From Convolutriloba macropyga (Eukaryota), in the NCBI RefSeq assembly GCF_964194025.1, contig NC_134480.1, forward strand, positions 8,866,001 through 8,930,000: DNA of 64,000 bases, in the 5' to 3' direction. The notes beneath the pieces are model-generated. The model made no database searches and was not told where the DNA came from. It saw only the letters and a program-made list of their open reading frames with translations. Position 1 is the stretch's first letter. Each line of letters begins with the position of its first letter. Positions 50,936-64,000 of the stretch are shown in pieces. Made by a program: the position numbers and the translations under genes.

Positions 50936-51733
50936 TATATTTTATCTCACCCCACACCCTCATTTTCCACCCCCCCCCCCCACCTACACTTTCGTCCTCC
51001 AAAACCATTCATTACCTGAATTCCATTCCCCCAACCTATTTCCATTGAAGCTATTTATTTAATTTGATTTTATTGAAAAAGTCAGAAGTGGTTGACATTC
51101 ACTTTCAATATTATTTATAGTAAGGGATTTACCGTTTTTAACCACAACTTGTGTGCCAATGGCGCGAATTATGATGTATTTATAGAGCTTGATCTGCTAG
51201 CATGGTTGCGACTTTCAGAAATACAAATATTAATGAAAAGTTGTCTTGTTATGCAAGACTTAGGCCGAAGAGCATGAATATTTTTGGCGTATCCTAGGGT
51301 CTAAAAAGGACCATTGGTAAACATGCTCGACTCAAACTGGGGAAGTCTTGATTTTATAGGGGGGAACTTAGGCATTTGACACTTAGCACATTTAAACTCT
51401 GGTTTGATAACTTCACAAGTTTTAATCAAAAACATCACAATCACAAAAGATCCAACTGATTTTTAATCTGGCTCTAGAAGTGAAGACTGATTTGAGAGTT
51501 CTCCTGAGAAGGAAGCCTAGTCACGACAGATGGGCTAGCCTTACTTGCAGAATTGAAAGTCTTCATTTCGAAAGCTGGACTTTAATAGGCGTCTAGTTAT
51601 CGTTGGATCAAAATAGTATCTTTCCGCATTATTTCTGAAAGGAGTAGGTCCAACTCTAGGTGAAATTTAAAAGCACCACTAACACATACATTGACTTAGG
51701 ATTAGTTGCAAGGCCTGGTATGCCCTTGCTACA
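50936..51733 (+). repeat. 5' LTR of the second BEL/Pao element (end uncertain)
   Basis: The first 315 nt or so match the 3' LTR. Candidate end TACA at 51733 complements the TGTA start of the 3' LTR. Confidence 0.6.
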
Positions 51734-52156
51734 TTAAGGTTTATAGGAACGTGAAGTTATCCCCCCACCAGTGTCAGTAGACACACACACATTAGTCAAA
51801 AGTTAGCCACCACAGGTTAGGGTTCTTTCTATCGCGCTCGAAAAACAAATAGGCAACCGGACAAAAAGTTATAATTGTCTACGTTTGTAAGAATTTCACT
51901 GATTAGTGAAAAGGTTTAACTCTATACAACTTAATAACGAAGCTTCATCAAACTTCACTGATTAGTGATTGCGACAAGCAAAAACATAGCAAACAAACAT
52001 TTGGCGAAAAACATTAGCTAAGCACAGTAAGCAACAGCCTCATTTAAATTATAGGTTTAACATAACAAAAGACAGAATAGGGCTGTTAGAAGAAAACATA
52101 GTGCAGTAACAGTGCAGTATAAACTTTGTAAAAGAAAAACTTCTAAAACAGTCAAT

Positions 52157-55100
52157 ATGCCAAACAAGTCCAAAGCATCATCAGCAGCAAAGAACAGCCT
52201 AAAGCAACAACTTCAGATGAAAGTGATAGAGTGGAACGCAGTAAAAGACCTCTTCGAAGAACAAAGCAATAGTAACGAAGGTCTAAGCATACTACGTCAA
52301 ATTTGCGAAGTCTTGAGGTCTCTAAAAAAGCAGTTAGACAGAAGTTGTAGTGAACTCTTGAAGCTACAGCTGACAAGTGAAGAGTTGACAACACTTGCTA
52401 ATGAATCTGCCGAAAGAAACATAACCATGCTGAAATGCAAACAGAGAGCAAAGCACACAGAACAGATGCAAGTGACACTGAATCTGTTTTTAACACATCA
52501 GCAGAGCCTTCACCTAATCTATTGAGAAAACAGAACCCTTTACGCAATAGAGCAATGAAACATCATTTCGCAAGCCGCAACAATCAGGAAAGTAACAACT
52601 CTGACTCGTCCGACTCCGAAGATCCTGATAATTCTCAGCCCGTTCTGAACATTGAACAGAGAGGAAGAAACCGGTAATTTCTCACGGGGGCACTGAGAAC
52701 AGATGAACGATCGAGAGAAGAGAACAATGTTCAAGGGCAGAGCCGACATGAGAGTGAAGACAGCAGAGCAGGGCATTTGCAACAACAATGTTCTTTTCAC
52801 AACAATAACCAGGCTGCTCCAACCATGAGCCATAGGTACACACCGCAAACCAATCAACTACCAGTGAACAATTTCAGCGGACCTGATGGACACAATAACA
52901 ACGGCTATAACAACAACCTATACAATGGCTTTCCGAGTTTCCCACCAGACTGGATGCAACACCAAGAACTGATGATACAGAACACATTGAGTTTGCCTAA
53001 GATTTCAATTGACAATTTCACTGGTGATCCTCTAAAATGGCATCAGTGGTTCAGTTTCTTCAAAGCAACCATTCACAACAACAGTGGCCTCTCAGACGCC
53101 CAAAAACTGACATACCTCCAAAACTCAGTAACTCATAAAGCAAGAGATTCCATAAGTGGATACTCCTACAATGGGGATTACTACGATGAAGCCATAGCTG
53201 AATTGACCAGATAGTTTGGCAAACCACAGCATATTGTCGCTGCATACCTGGATCAATTAGAGAAGTGGCCAAAACCCAGATTAGACGAACCAAACTCTTT
53301 TGTGAGCTTCTCATCTTTCTTGAGGAGACTTGTACAAACCTTCCGACTCCACAACTTTGAAGCTGATCTGAAGTCTTCAGCTGTCTTGAGAATGGCCAGA
53401 GACAAATTGAACCCTAACATGATAATCAGATGGAATCAACACACAAGAAGCCAAGGCTTGCTGCAACCTAATCTTACCCATTTTGCTGATTGTGTTGACT
53501 CATACGCAGAGGCGTGCGAAGACATCTCCCCACAACGGAACCAGAGAACCAGAGTGAACAATTTTTCTAGGAGGGGGCCTTCAGATGTTTCATGGCAACT
53601 CTGCTCACAAAACCTTGGTCGTTGTCCCGAATACTTTGAAAAGTCAGTTTATGACCGACAGGGTTGTTTGAGGAGGTTCAATCTCTGCCCTAACTGTCTA
53701 AGAGCTCACGAAAAGGGTCTCTGCCAATCGAAAACAAGGTGCCTTGTGGACAGATGCAATGGCTTCCATCACTCAACGCTCTATAGGACAGATGCAAGGC
53801 AACAGCAACAAAATGCGCAACCAATTGAGAACTGGAATCAAAACTCACAAAACAATGTCTTCAGAAACCAAACAAACCAAAGCCAGTCAAGCTATGGACG
53901 TAACTTTAATAATGAAAAGCAAAGGCAGCAGATGGGTTCAAATTACAACCAACAGAGTGGAAACCAGAACATGCAAAGTGGATCTAACAGCAGCACTTCA
54001 CACAGGGGCAACTGGAACGAAAGCGGTTTTCACCCTCAGCCGATGAACGCACAGAACAACGTCAGCAGACAGCAGGGTAACAATAAACCTACTGTAGTCC
54101 AACAGCAGGCAATTACACCGCAACAAAACTACACTTGCAGCAACCAACAGGAAACTTCGTGGATCAGACCGCAGATACAATTGCAAGCGATACCAGTAAC
54201 ACTTTTCAACAGAGATCTTAGCATCGAAACCTCCGCCTTGTTGGACAGTGTCAGTGACAACACTCAAATAACACAGAAGGTTGCTGATGCACTTCAAGTT
54301 CAACAACCGAAAGACATAACCCTACCACTAGCTTCACTTCACGGTGAACACTCAGTTAAAACTGCAGATGTCATGATCGGCATAGCAGCTGTTCGGCATA
54401 GTGCAGCAGTTGTTCTGTGATCAGAATCCCTGTGTACGCAACAACAATGGAGAGTTTCGAATGCCAAGAGTTCAAATTGAAATGTTGAATGAGATCTGCA
54501 GAGACCATTCTCACCTAAGATTTCCAGCAATCAGAGACAACCGGATCGGAATTCTGATTGCAGCAGATGCATTCACAGCAACAGTTCCCAGACAGTTCAC
54601 AACAGGACCCACTGGCACCCCATACGGAGTCAACACTCTGCTTGGCTGGACACTGACAGGGCCCATTCCTCAGAGGTACACACAGAAGAGGGTCGGACAG
54701 TCAAACAGCACAAGCATAACACTTTTCAATCATATCAGGAGACGACAACACGATCCAGATGAAGATCATCTCCAACTCTTCTGGACAATTGAAGGAATGA
54801 ACTTCAATCAGTGCTCTTCAAAGGGACAGTCTTCAGATGACAAAGAAGCTCTGTCCATCCTCAATGATACCATAAAACACTTTGGTCACAGATACCAGAT
54901 TGGACTTCCATATGAGAAAGACATCAAACTTCCTAACAACTGCTTCAAGGCAAAAGTTCTGTGGCACGCTCTGCAGCAGAGACTGGAGAGGGACACAAAT
55001 TTCAGAGAACGCCACGAGGAAACCATCAAAAAAGATTTGGATAAAAACTACATCACAACTGCAGACCCCAGTTGCAGACACTCTGTCTGGTACCTTCCCC

Positions 55101-57975
55101 ATCACCCAGTGATCAACAAACAGAAACCAGATAAAATCCGCAGAGTCACAAATGCTGCTTCCAAATATGAGGGTACCTCACTCAATGATGCACTGCTGAC
55201 AGGGACGGATCTATTCTGCAACCTGCATGGCCTTCTTCTCCGCTTCAGACAGTACTCAGTGGCAATCACAGCTGACATTGAGGCAATGTTCATGCAGATT
55301 GGCATCCAACCACAAGCCCAGGACTATCGTTTTCTGTGGACACAGAATGGCATTGAAAATATCTTCAAATACAATCGACTCATTTTTGGAGCCACATGCT
55401 CACCTTCTTGTGCGATTTTTGTTCTGCAGAAGTGTGCAAATGACCACAAACAAGAACATCCAGAGGCCCACACATCAATCATGCAGCAGTTCTACATGGA
55501 TGATTTCATGCAGACCTAACCTTCTGAAGAGGAGGCCCGCAGAAGTGCAGATGAGATCAAAACTGTTTTGCATACAGGAGGATTCAATCTGACAAAGTTC
55601 TTGAGCAACAGACCAGCCGCATTAGATAACTTACTGGAAGAAGACAAGGCGGATATGAAAACCCAAAGAATCCTTGGTCAGACATGGGACCCCAAAACTG
55701 ACAAGTTGATGTTTGCAAAACCGAAGCTTCATTACACAGGACAACAGATGACTCAAAGAAAGGTGCCTTCAATGGCAGCTTCTCTGTTCGATCCAGTCGG
55801 ACTGATTTCACCTTTTGCCATCAGAATAAAATGCATTCTCCAAAGAATCATTAAAGAGGGAAGAAACTGGGATCAACCTGTGTCGGAACGCTACCAACAG
55901 GAACTACAGGAGTGGATGGATGAGTTCGACAGCATGACTTCAATCGAAATTCCTAGATGGTTGATTCCCAGCACCAATGGATCTCATCAACTTCACACGT
56001 TCACTGAAGCCTCAATGAGTGCAATTGTTGCCACAGTTTATGTGAGGACAACCAAAGCCGATGGATCTTCCACATCCCGATATGTGATCAGTAAAACAAT
56101 AGTGGCGCCAATCAAGCAGCTGAGCATTCCAAAACTGGAATTGGAAGCGGCAACACTTGGAGGATAAGTTCAAAACACTTTTGGGCAGACAGCACCGCTA
56201 CACTTGGATGGATCCAATCCAAGCAGAGACAGAAGTTGTATATTGCCAACAGATTGACCAAATTTCACGAGAATTCCAGCCCGGACAATTGGAGACGAAT
56301 TCTGGAAAGATGAATCCCGCTGACCACGGCACACGAGACCTCAACTCATCAGAAATACCAAAGCTCTAACTTCAACCACCGGACTCTCTGAGCACACCTC
56401 AAGACTCCTGGATTTTTGCCGAAGACTGTGATCGCCACATATTCGCTGCACAAGCGACACAACTTCAGACGCCAGCCGTTGTGGTTGAAAAATTTTCAAC
56501 ATGGAGTCGACTACTCAACTCTACTAGAATGGTGTTCCAGGCAATAAAACGCTTCAAGGCAAAAGTCCGAACTAGATGACAAAACGAATCACCTGAGACC
56601 TCCAACAATGACATTTTAGCATCAGATGAGAAAAGGGCAGGGAACTACTTCATTAAAATGTCCCAAAACAATTTCTGCACTGTTGAAGGGAGACGATCTT
56701 GGGAAAGGAGACAAGCTGATGCCCTTCACACCCTTTCTAGATGACGATGGACTCTTGAGGGTAGGAGGAAGACTCAACAAGGCACCTCTAGCCTACAGTG
56801 CGAAATATCCTCTTGTTCTCCATAGCAGGAGCAAAATTGCAAGACTGTTGATTGAAAAGGCGCACCATGACTCTGGCCATCAGGTCGTGACGCATGTGAA
56901 GGCTCACCTGCAACAAACTTTCCTGATGATTGGATTGAGAAAAGTTCTGCGAAGTCTGGGGAAATACTGTTTCATTTGCAGACGATGGAGGGCAGACAAT
57001 GTGAGACCGAAGATGGCCGATCTTCCTGAATTCAGATTTCCAGATGCAAACAAGCAGTACCCCCTCGTCAACACAGGAATGGACATGTTTGGACCATTCT
57101 ACATTGAGCAGAAGAGAGAGGGCACCCAGATGCAATACGTGTGCTTGTTCACATGCCTGGTCACCAGAGCTGTCCACCTAGAAGTATGCCATGACCTCTC
57201 AACCGATTGTCTTCTCATGACCATCCGCAGATTTGTATCTCGACGTGGATACCCTGATCAGATTGTGAGTGACAATGGCAAAAACTTCATTGGAGCCAAC
57301 CAAGCAATGAGGTTTAAGTTCCAGAGAAGCTACAAGCCAGACAACGAGTACATCAGACTGCAATTGGCTCAACAGAACATTCAGTGGACTTTCAACCCTC
57401 CATTGGCACCACACTTCGGAGGAGTCTGGGAGAGGCTGATACAGACCGCGAAGAGGAGTCTACTAATAGTGCTGGGCAGTCAGAAACTAACACTTTCAGT
57501 TTTCCAGACAGTTGTGGCAGAGGCCGAGGCAACTTTGAACTCAGGACCATTAACTCATGTGGGCTGCAGCATCTCAGATGAGGGACCACTTACTCCGAAT
57601 CACTTTCTCATTCGCAGACCTCACATGTGTTTGAAACCTCTTGTGAACAGCAACCAGCGGTTCTCCACTAAGGATTTCAAGTTGACGCAGACACTACTTG
57701 ATCACTACTGGAGCAGGTTGCTGAAGGAATATATTCCTGTGCTCAACAAGAGAACGAAGTGGCAAAGGTCAAATGATGAGCTGGATGAAGGTGACATTGT
57801 GTGGGTGCTCAAGGACTTCACACCCAGAGGCATCTGGCCTCTAGGGAAGATTGTGAAAGCACAAAGAGGTTCAGACGGAATAGCCAGGAGCTTCGACATG
57901 CAGACATCTACAGGAATGGTACAGAGACCAAGTCTTGTATTCTCACAATTGTCAGGTGTGCAGGAGGGTCAATGA
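52157..57975 (+). pseudogene. Disrupted gag-pol polyprotein of the second BEL/Pao element
   Basis: ORFs 52112-52525, 52435-52677, 52777-53214, 53302-54420, 54401-55519, 55568-56167 and 56626-57975 appear in canonical domain order. Confidence 0.9.
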
Positions 57976-57988
57976 AACAAGTTCATTG

Positions 57989-57989
<1 letters not shown>

Positions 57990-58037
<48 letters not shown>

Positions 58038-58038
58038 C
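57990..58038 (+). repeat. (CA)n microsatellite
   Basis: Direct reading of the sequence. Confidence 0.95.
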
Positions 58039-58132
58039 AAACAAAAAACTCAATATCAGAAAGAAAACTTTTTGTGCTTTATTTTTTTGTGTTTACATTT
58101 TCATTTCAAATGTTGCCTTTTCTTGCCGGGAG

Positions 58133-58512
58133 TGTAAAGGAACCAAGTTCCTTTATATTTTATCTCCCCCACGCCCCCATTTCCCTCCCCCCACCTACAC
58201 TTTCGTCCTTCAAAACCCATTCATTACCTGATTTTCATTCCCCCAACCTATTTCCATTGAAGCTATTTATTTAAGTTGATTTTATTGAAGAAGTGAGAAG
58301 TGGTTGACCTTCACTTTCAATATATTTATAGTAGGGCATTTCCCGTTTTCAACCACATTTTGTGTGCCAATGGCGCGAATTATGATGTATTTATAGAGCT
58401 TGATTTGCTACCATGGTTGCGACTTTGAAAAATACAAATATTAATGAAAAGTTGTCTTGGTATGCCAAATATTAATGAAAAGTTGTCAAATATTAATGAA
58501 AAGTTGTCTTGG
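58133..58512 (+). repeat. 3' LTR of the second BEL/Pao element (truncated by gap)
   Basis: PPT-like GCCGGGAG then TGTAAAGG at 58133. Matches the sequence from 50936 onward. Confidence 0.85.
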
Positions 58513-58712
58513 NNNNNNNNNNNNNNNNNNNNNNNNNNNNNNNNNNNNNNNNNNNNNNNNNNNNNNNNNNNNNNNNNNNNNNNNNNNNNNNNNNNNNNNN
58601 NNNNNNNNNNNNNNNNNNNNNNNNNNNNNNNNNNNNNNNNNNNNNNNNNNNNNNNNNNNNNNNNNNNNNNNNNNNNNNNNNNNNNNNNNNNNNNNNNNNN
58701 NNNNNNNNNNNN
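58513..58712. other. Assembly gap
   Basis: Run of N. Confidence 1.
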
Positions 58713-59349
58713 GTTATGTTTTTAAATTCTTGTCGTATATTTCTTTTTTTTTCAAAAATGAGTTAAAAACAAACACAATTCTTTAAGCTGAAGTATAAGC
58801 GTCAAAAGCTGTGCTGATGAGAAAAAGTTTTAATTGATTTAAAGTTTTACCTCACTAAATCTGGTGTTTTCTCCGACAAATAATTATTCATAGATATTAA
58901 AAAAAAACAATATAATTAATTTTGATCAATATTTATGATTTATTAGTGCTTTTATTCTTCTTTTCTGATTTTCTTCATCATATGTATGTACTTCTTGAAA
59001 GATCTCTCACGAAGTCGAAATTTGATCCGCCTTTCTTTTCAACCCAACTTTCTGGACAACCTGAACTGCCTTGATAATAACCTCCGTTTTGGGTTTTTCC
59101 TCATCTCGGCTGAATAACTCTAATTGCATTATTTTGTTCACGTGTTTAACAGGATCCTTCGTGACCACAAAAGCCTTAAAATCTTCTTTTTTGATCTCTC
59201 CTTGATTCGTATGTTTGTAGTTGATTTCAAAAGAGACAGTTTTGCCTTTTCTGTGAACACAATTTTCACAGGAAGACTTTTCCCACCGGCCGAGAACGCC
59301 ACTGTGCCCCACTAACTTCCATTGACCACCATTTTCACCTCTGATTTTA

Positions 59350-60132
59350 CCCGGGTTGATTATGCGGCCCAATTTTGTGTCTCGACTTATAAAAAAAGTT
59401 ATGCTAGACCAAATCTTGATATCAAATGATCACCACAAGTAGGCTTAGTATCACAATATTAGTTAATTTCCGAGATTTAGGTCAACTTAATTTCCAGACC
59501 TCAGACCGAAGACTTTATCAGCAGAGAGGGACTAAACTGTATACTTTTTTATTTGGGCAACAAATGGGTAAAAAGTGAAAAACTTCAGAAATTTAAGTGT
59601 CCACCTTTTTTGAAAATCAAAAGACAAAAATTCTCAAATTTTTGATGCAAAAACTCTACTCAGATCTTTCTTTTTAGATTCTTTTTTATCTACAGAATGC
59701 ACAATATCTCTCGGTACAAAATTGATTAACAAAAAAGCAATACTCGCAGAAATATTTCATCTCTCAAATTGGATTACGTAATAGTATTTTATTCGAGTAA
59801 CATATTCCAAATAATCTATTAATTACCAAAAAACTATGCTAGAGTTTTTTTTGTAAATCTATGCTAGAGGTGAATGTATTAATCAAAGTCTGAAACAGAT
59901 AAGTCGAATTCTCACATTGTGGAATAACGGATAATATTGCTAAAGCTATTGCGAGATCTTGTAAGATCAAAATCTTCTTGTTAGACTCCTACAAGATCCT
60001 ACAAAGTAACCGTCGGAGTTCATCTTAATTAAAACTCAAATGCTCCTAATTGTCTTTTTATGCATTTCTGAACTGTCGATAACAAGTTGTTTAAACCCTT
60101 CTTTGTTTTTTGTTATAAATACTCAACCCGGG
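59350..60132. mobile_element. Putative non-autonomous DNA element with CCCGGGTTGA terminal inverted repeats
   Basis: TA|CCCGGGTTGA at 59350 and TCAACCCGGG ending at 60132. Confidence 0.55.
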
Positions 60133-60699
60133 TGGCGTTTTCTGTGCCAAGTAAACAACAAACGATCCTTTGAATTCTTCAGAGTTGATGTTGCGAATCA
60201 CTAGGTGTAGCTACATCACGTGATCAAGGTGTTTCCTTCTTTTTTCATTTCCTGAATTAATTTCCGTTGAACATCATTTTCACCTCGGATTTTGCCCTGG
60301 TTCATTACCCGTCCAAGTTTTAGACCTTGGGCTTATGAAAGGATTGTGCTTGATTAAAAGTTGTATCAAAAAATGCTCAGCCCCAATATTCTCTGAAAAT
60401 AGTGTCTAGTGACTTTTTTAAATCAAATTCCATGCCACTATTTAGTTGGTGTATATATTATCCCTAATAATTAATAGCATGGTATTATTATTTGCCCTGT
60501 AGAACTTTTTTTTTTTGGGGGGGGGGGACAAACTCAGTCGGTATAGATACCTCAGCACGGTATAGACCCCGCTTTGTAAAAGTTTCACCTGAAATTTGTT
60601 GGTCAAAAATAAATCTTTTCAACTCCATATAATTTGACCACAAGATATCTGAATTTTTGCAGCTATTGTTTGCGAATAAACCATGTCATCAGAGCGCTT

Positions 60700-63390
60700 A
60701 ATAGAAAAGAAGAGCTTTAGCTATGCTGCTGTTCTTGCAGAACGTAAGATCATTGGTTGCAAACAACGATGAAAATTATAGCAACTTTTGAGGCCAACTA
60801 AATAATGCCAACTTTGCTGGCACTATTACTCAAACAACCAACTGCTCTGCAACAAAAAGTTCCAAAATACTGTTACGTGCAACCGACCTAAAAAAGTGGC
60901 GGAGGTGCAGCTCTGCTCGCGAGCAAAGATTTTCAATTAGCAACAACAAAGACCTCTGCAAGCAATGATATACAAGTTTTAACGTCAAAATGCGTTTTCA
61001 AAAAAATTTGTGTTTTGTAGTAACGATTGTGTACAAGGCTCCACAAACGGATAAATTAACATTCAAAAACTTGGGACAAAAACGTGGGACCAAAAAACAA
61101 TCACATTCTATGTGAGGACTTAAATATGGATTTCTTGAAAAATGATTAATTAAATAGAAAATTTTCTGAGGAAAGTCAGCTCTCCAAACTTAAAACCTAA
61201 ACTCAAAAAAAAAACGAACACACAAGAGAAGCGATCAGAAGTAAATTAACTCTAGATGCTTTCTTCTCATTTTTTGAATGTGAAACAGAGGTTCTGAAAA
61301 CAAAAGTGTCAGACCAATATAGAGTTTATTTGAACGTAAGTGACCTTAATGATAATCAAAACAAAAGCATAGGAGAAGATCAACAAGAAAAACAGAGAAA
61401 CTGGAATACTCTCAACAGGTTTACTAACGTTCTGGAGTTAAATGTTGAACTGTTGATAGAACTTAAGTCAACAGCTGATTTCTTTCAGTTATGCAGAGCT
61501 GAGAAAGGAATTCGTAATATCGAGAAGAAAATAAATTAAACTCTGGACCTTATAACTCCAAAAAAAATCATCAAAAACAAAAAAAGACAAAACGGAATTA
61601 CCAACGAAGCTAATAATGCTTGTTCCAAGAAACAGCATCTTTGGAATAATTTTATGCAGTCCAAGTCACAAGAAGTAAAAAAACAACACAACTTACAGAA
61701 CAACAAACAAATACTAATAAGAAACGCCAAAAAGAAATACTACGAAAGATTTTTGATACACAAAATGATTCCAACAGTTTTTATAGGTATCTGAATCAAA
61801 TTTGCCATTCGAATACATAAGAAAATCAGACATCACAGACACAATTGACTACGAAAACACTCATTAAAATCTTTTTCACTATTGGACCTCACTTGCAAAA
61901 TTAAGAAACCATATAATGGGAATACGATTAATCGGGTTGTTGATTCTTTTTCTTTTAAAGCCGGTCAAAAACGACGAAGAAAGGTTCAAAGTAAAGCAAT
62001 TTGTTGGGATGAAGAGTTCCCATTATATGGGTTTAACAAACCATCTTCTGAAAACTATTCATCCTGTCCTTGCTGGATACCTCGCAGAGATTTTCAACAA
62101 AATCATAGATGAATCACAATATCCCAAAAAAACATAAAAGTTTCAAAAGTTGTGCCACTTTTCAAGGATGGAGATCCAATTGAACCTAACAATTACAGAC
62201 CAATTTCTTTAGTACCACTTTGTGGCAAAATTTTTGAAAACTTTTTTAAACAAAAACTGAAGTCGTTTCTGCTGAAAAACAAAATTTTCTCGAGAAATTG
62301 ATTTAGTTTCTTGAATAATAGATCAACTGTCAATGCCAACTGTCCAGAAATGCCAAAAAAACATTCAGAGATTAAGAAAGAAATACGTTCTGGCTGATTT
62401 TACCTTGATTGACCTTTCAAAAGCGTTGATACTGTTGACAACAGCATATTGCTAGACAAATGTTCCAAATTTGTTTTGAGAGGCAAAATCGAAGGTTTAC
62501 TCAAGTCTTATTTTTAAGATCGTAAGCAATAAGTTCGATATAAAGAAGAGTCTTCCTCAACTGAAAAAATGCGAAGATCAGTATTGGGACCACTTCTGTT
62601 TCTAATATACATTAACGATATCGTGGACAAACCAAAGCATAATATTGTTCTGTTATACGCAGATGACGCAAACATATTTGGCAAAATATGAGCAAACTGA
62701 ACATACAATTGATCTGAAATTGGTTTCCAGCTAACAAACTGACATAAAATATTTTAAAAAAAGCTCAACTACTTCTGCTAGGGACCCAATAATTTATCAG
62801 ACAAAAAACTTATTTGGAAATGGGAAGAGGTAGAGGAGAGCGAATTTGTTAGATATTTAGGTTTTAAAATTGACAAAAAACTCACTTTTGAAGAGCACAT
62901 AGAATATGTTCAAATGAATTGTAACCAATAAATTTCGATTTTACATCAAATAAAGAAATATCTGCAAAAAAAATATCTTCTGAAAATTTATAAACAATAC
63001 GTTCAACCACAGTATCAATACGGAGTTTTTAATATATGGCACGGCCATCAAAAAATAATTTCGAAAGACTATATCATCAACAAAACTTCCTAATCAAATT
63101 AATTTTTGGGTTCACAAAACATGAAGAGAGTCGTAGTTGTAGATCTAAAAACAAAAATCCATCAAAGTTTGATCTACACGTTTACAAAATTCTGAAACTT
63201 TTATCAAAAATAATCCGAAGAGAATATCCTAGTGAATCAATAAACTCGTTAATAACTGACAAGGAAATCGATTTTGAAAAATTGCTACACTCTTTTCTGG
63301 ACAAATACATAATCGATTCCTTTTTTTGCAAACTTGTACTGGTAGTACGTTCGATAACAAAGAAAGTGTTTTTTTTTTAAAAAAAAAAAA
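60700..63390 (+). mobile_element. Decayed APE-RT LINE (CR1/L2 group) ORF2
   Basis: GGGAA (60898), VYKAP (61029), LCEDLNMD (about 61107), VSDQ (61306), NYRPISLVPLCGKIFE (62190), DLSKA (62411), SVLGPLLFLIYIND (62578), LYADD (62653), RYLG (62851). A-run at about 63379-63390. Confidence 0.9.
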
Positions 63391-64000
63391 CGTTTTGAAG
63401 TTAAAACACTTATATAGTTTTGTGCGTAAAATGGGCTTATTAATCCCTCATTTTTTTCTGTTCCCCTAGAAGGGTCACAGTATAAGTAACTAAATGAAAT
63501 TCGATCGTATAATCTAATTTTGAATAGCTCTGTAACGGTGCTGAAACAGGCAATTTGCCTCCTAGCATTCGTTCAGTACGACGTTTTCTACTCTATTTTT
63601 GGTTTTAATCATTCGAAGTTTGAATATTTGGTACTGAAAACAAATTTTTTAAATGATTATTATGAACTGAGTTGTTCTCCCGTATTCCAAGGTTTCTAAG
63701 ACCAAAAAGTCATAAAAATGGGATAAAAATTCATCTGAATTGAAACTTATTTTGGGTTGTTCCCATTATATACCCCTTGAAATTATAATTTCTCATTATG
63801 TTTTTTTTATCATGAGTGCTGGGCTATAACATATCTCACATTTAAGCTGGGGGGCTATAATGTGAAAGACCCTCTTTTTCTTAGAGTCACTGACCTATTG
63901 AACTTAAGTTTTATAACAGCAAACAAGCAAAGTTGAAATTCGAGAAGGAAACATCTCCCGCCTTTTTATTGAATGCCTTTCCGTCCAAAATGTTGATTGT

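Larger units (their letters stand above)
50936..58512 (+). mobile_element. BEL/Pao LTR retrotransposon, near full length, degenerate; both LTRs run into gaps
   Basis: Direct repeats 50936-51250 and 58153-58460. Gag DUF1759-type FTGDPLKWHQW..LTYLQ, Cys/His knuckles, ALLDS protease, YMDD RT, RNase H, integrase (GMDMFGP, SDNG, PHFGGVWER, WPLG). Confidence 0.95.

Noticed and set aside
50425-51062. Long ORFs spanning the N run (also 58444-58786)
   Set aside because: Artefacts of translating assembly gaps.
58437-58512. Triplicated AAATATTAATGAAAAGTTGTC
   Set aside because: Lies at the gap edge and is single-copy in the 5' LTR, so it is probably an assembly stutter.

Overview
This is AT-rich, transposon-dense, spliced eukaryotic DNA from an invertebrate animal (an acoel-like genome is my guess, not verified), with two assembly gaps. 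Two host genes lie on the minus strand, both rebuilt by hand from splice sites with consistent phases. One is PLK4 (2 coding exons, 8595-12461, about 1063 aa). The other is a 5-exon ITM2/BRICHOS-family type II membrane protein (18240-27054, 363 aa). The rest is mostly decayed mobile DNA: two BEL/Pao LTR retrotransposons, two APE-type LINE relics, a CRE-like RLE LINE relic, CCCGGG-ended MITE/foldback elements, a tRNA-derived SINE-like unit, and a 15-kb cluster of Penelope-like elements (PLEs, about 27.3-42.9 kb). The most striking object is a near full-length PLE (about 29692-33803, minus strand) with an unusual design. It has a complete C4HC3 PHD finger inserted in frame inside the reverse transcriptase, between motifs B and C. 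It also has a separate upstream ORF with an SGNH-hydrolase-like pattern and a basic tail. A second, diverged plus-strand PLE family in the window keeps a remnant of the same PHD at the same position, so the insertion looks like a lineage trait.
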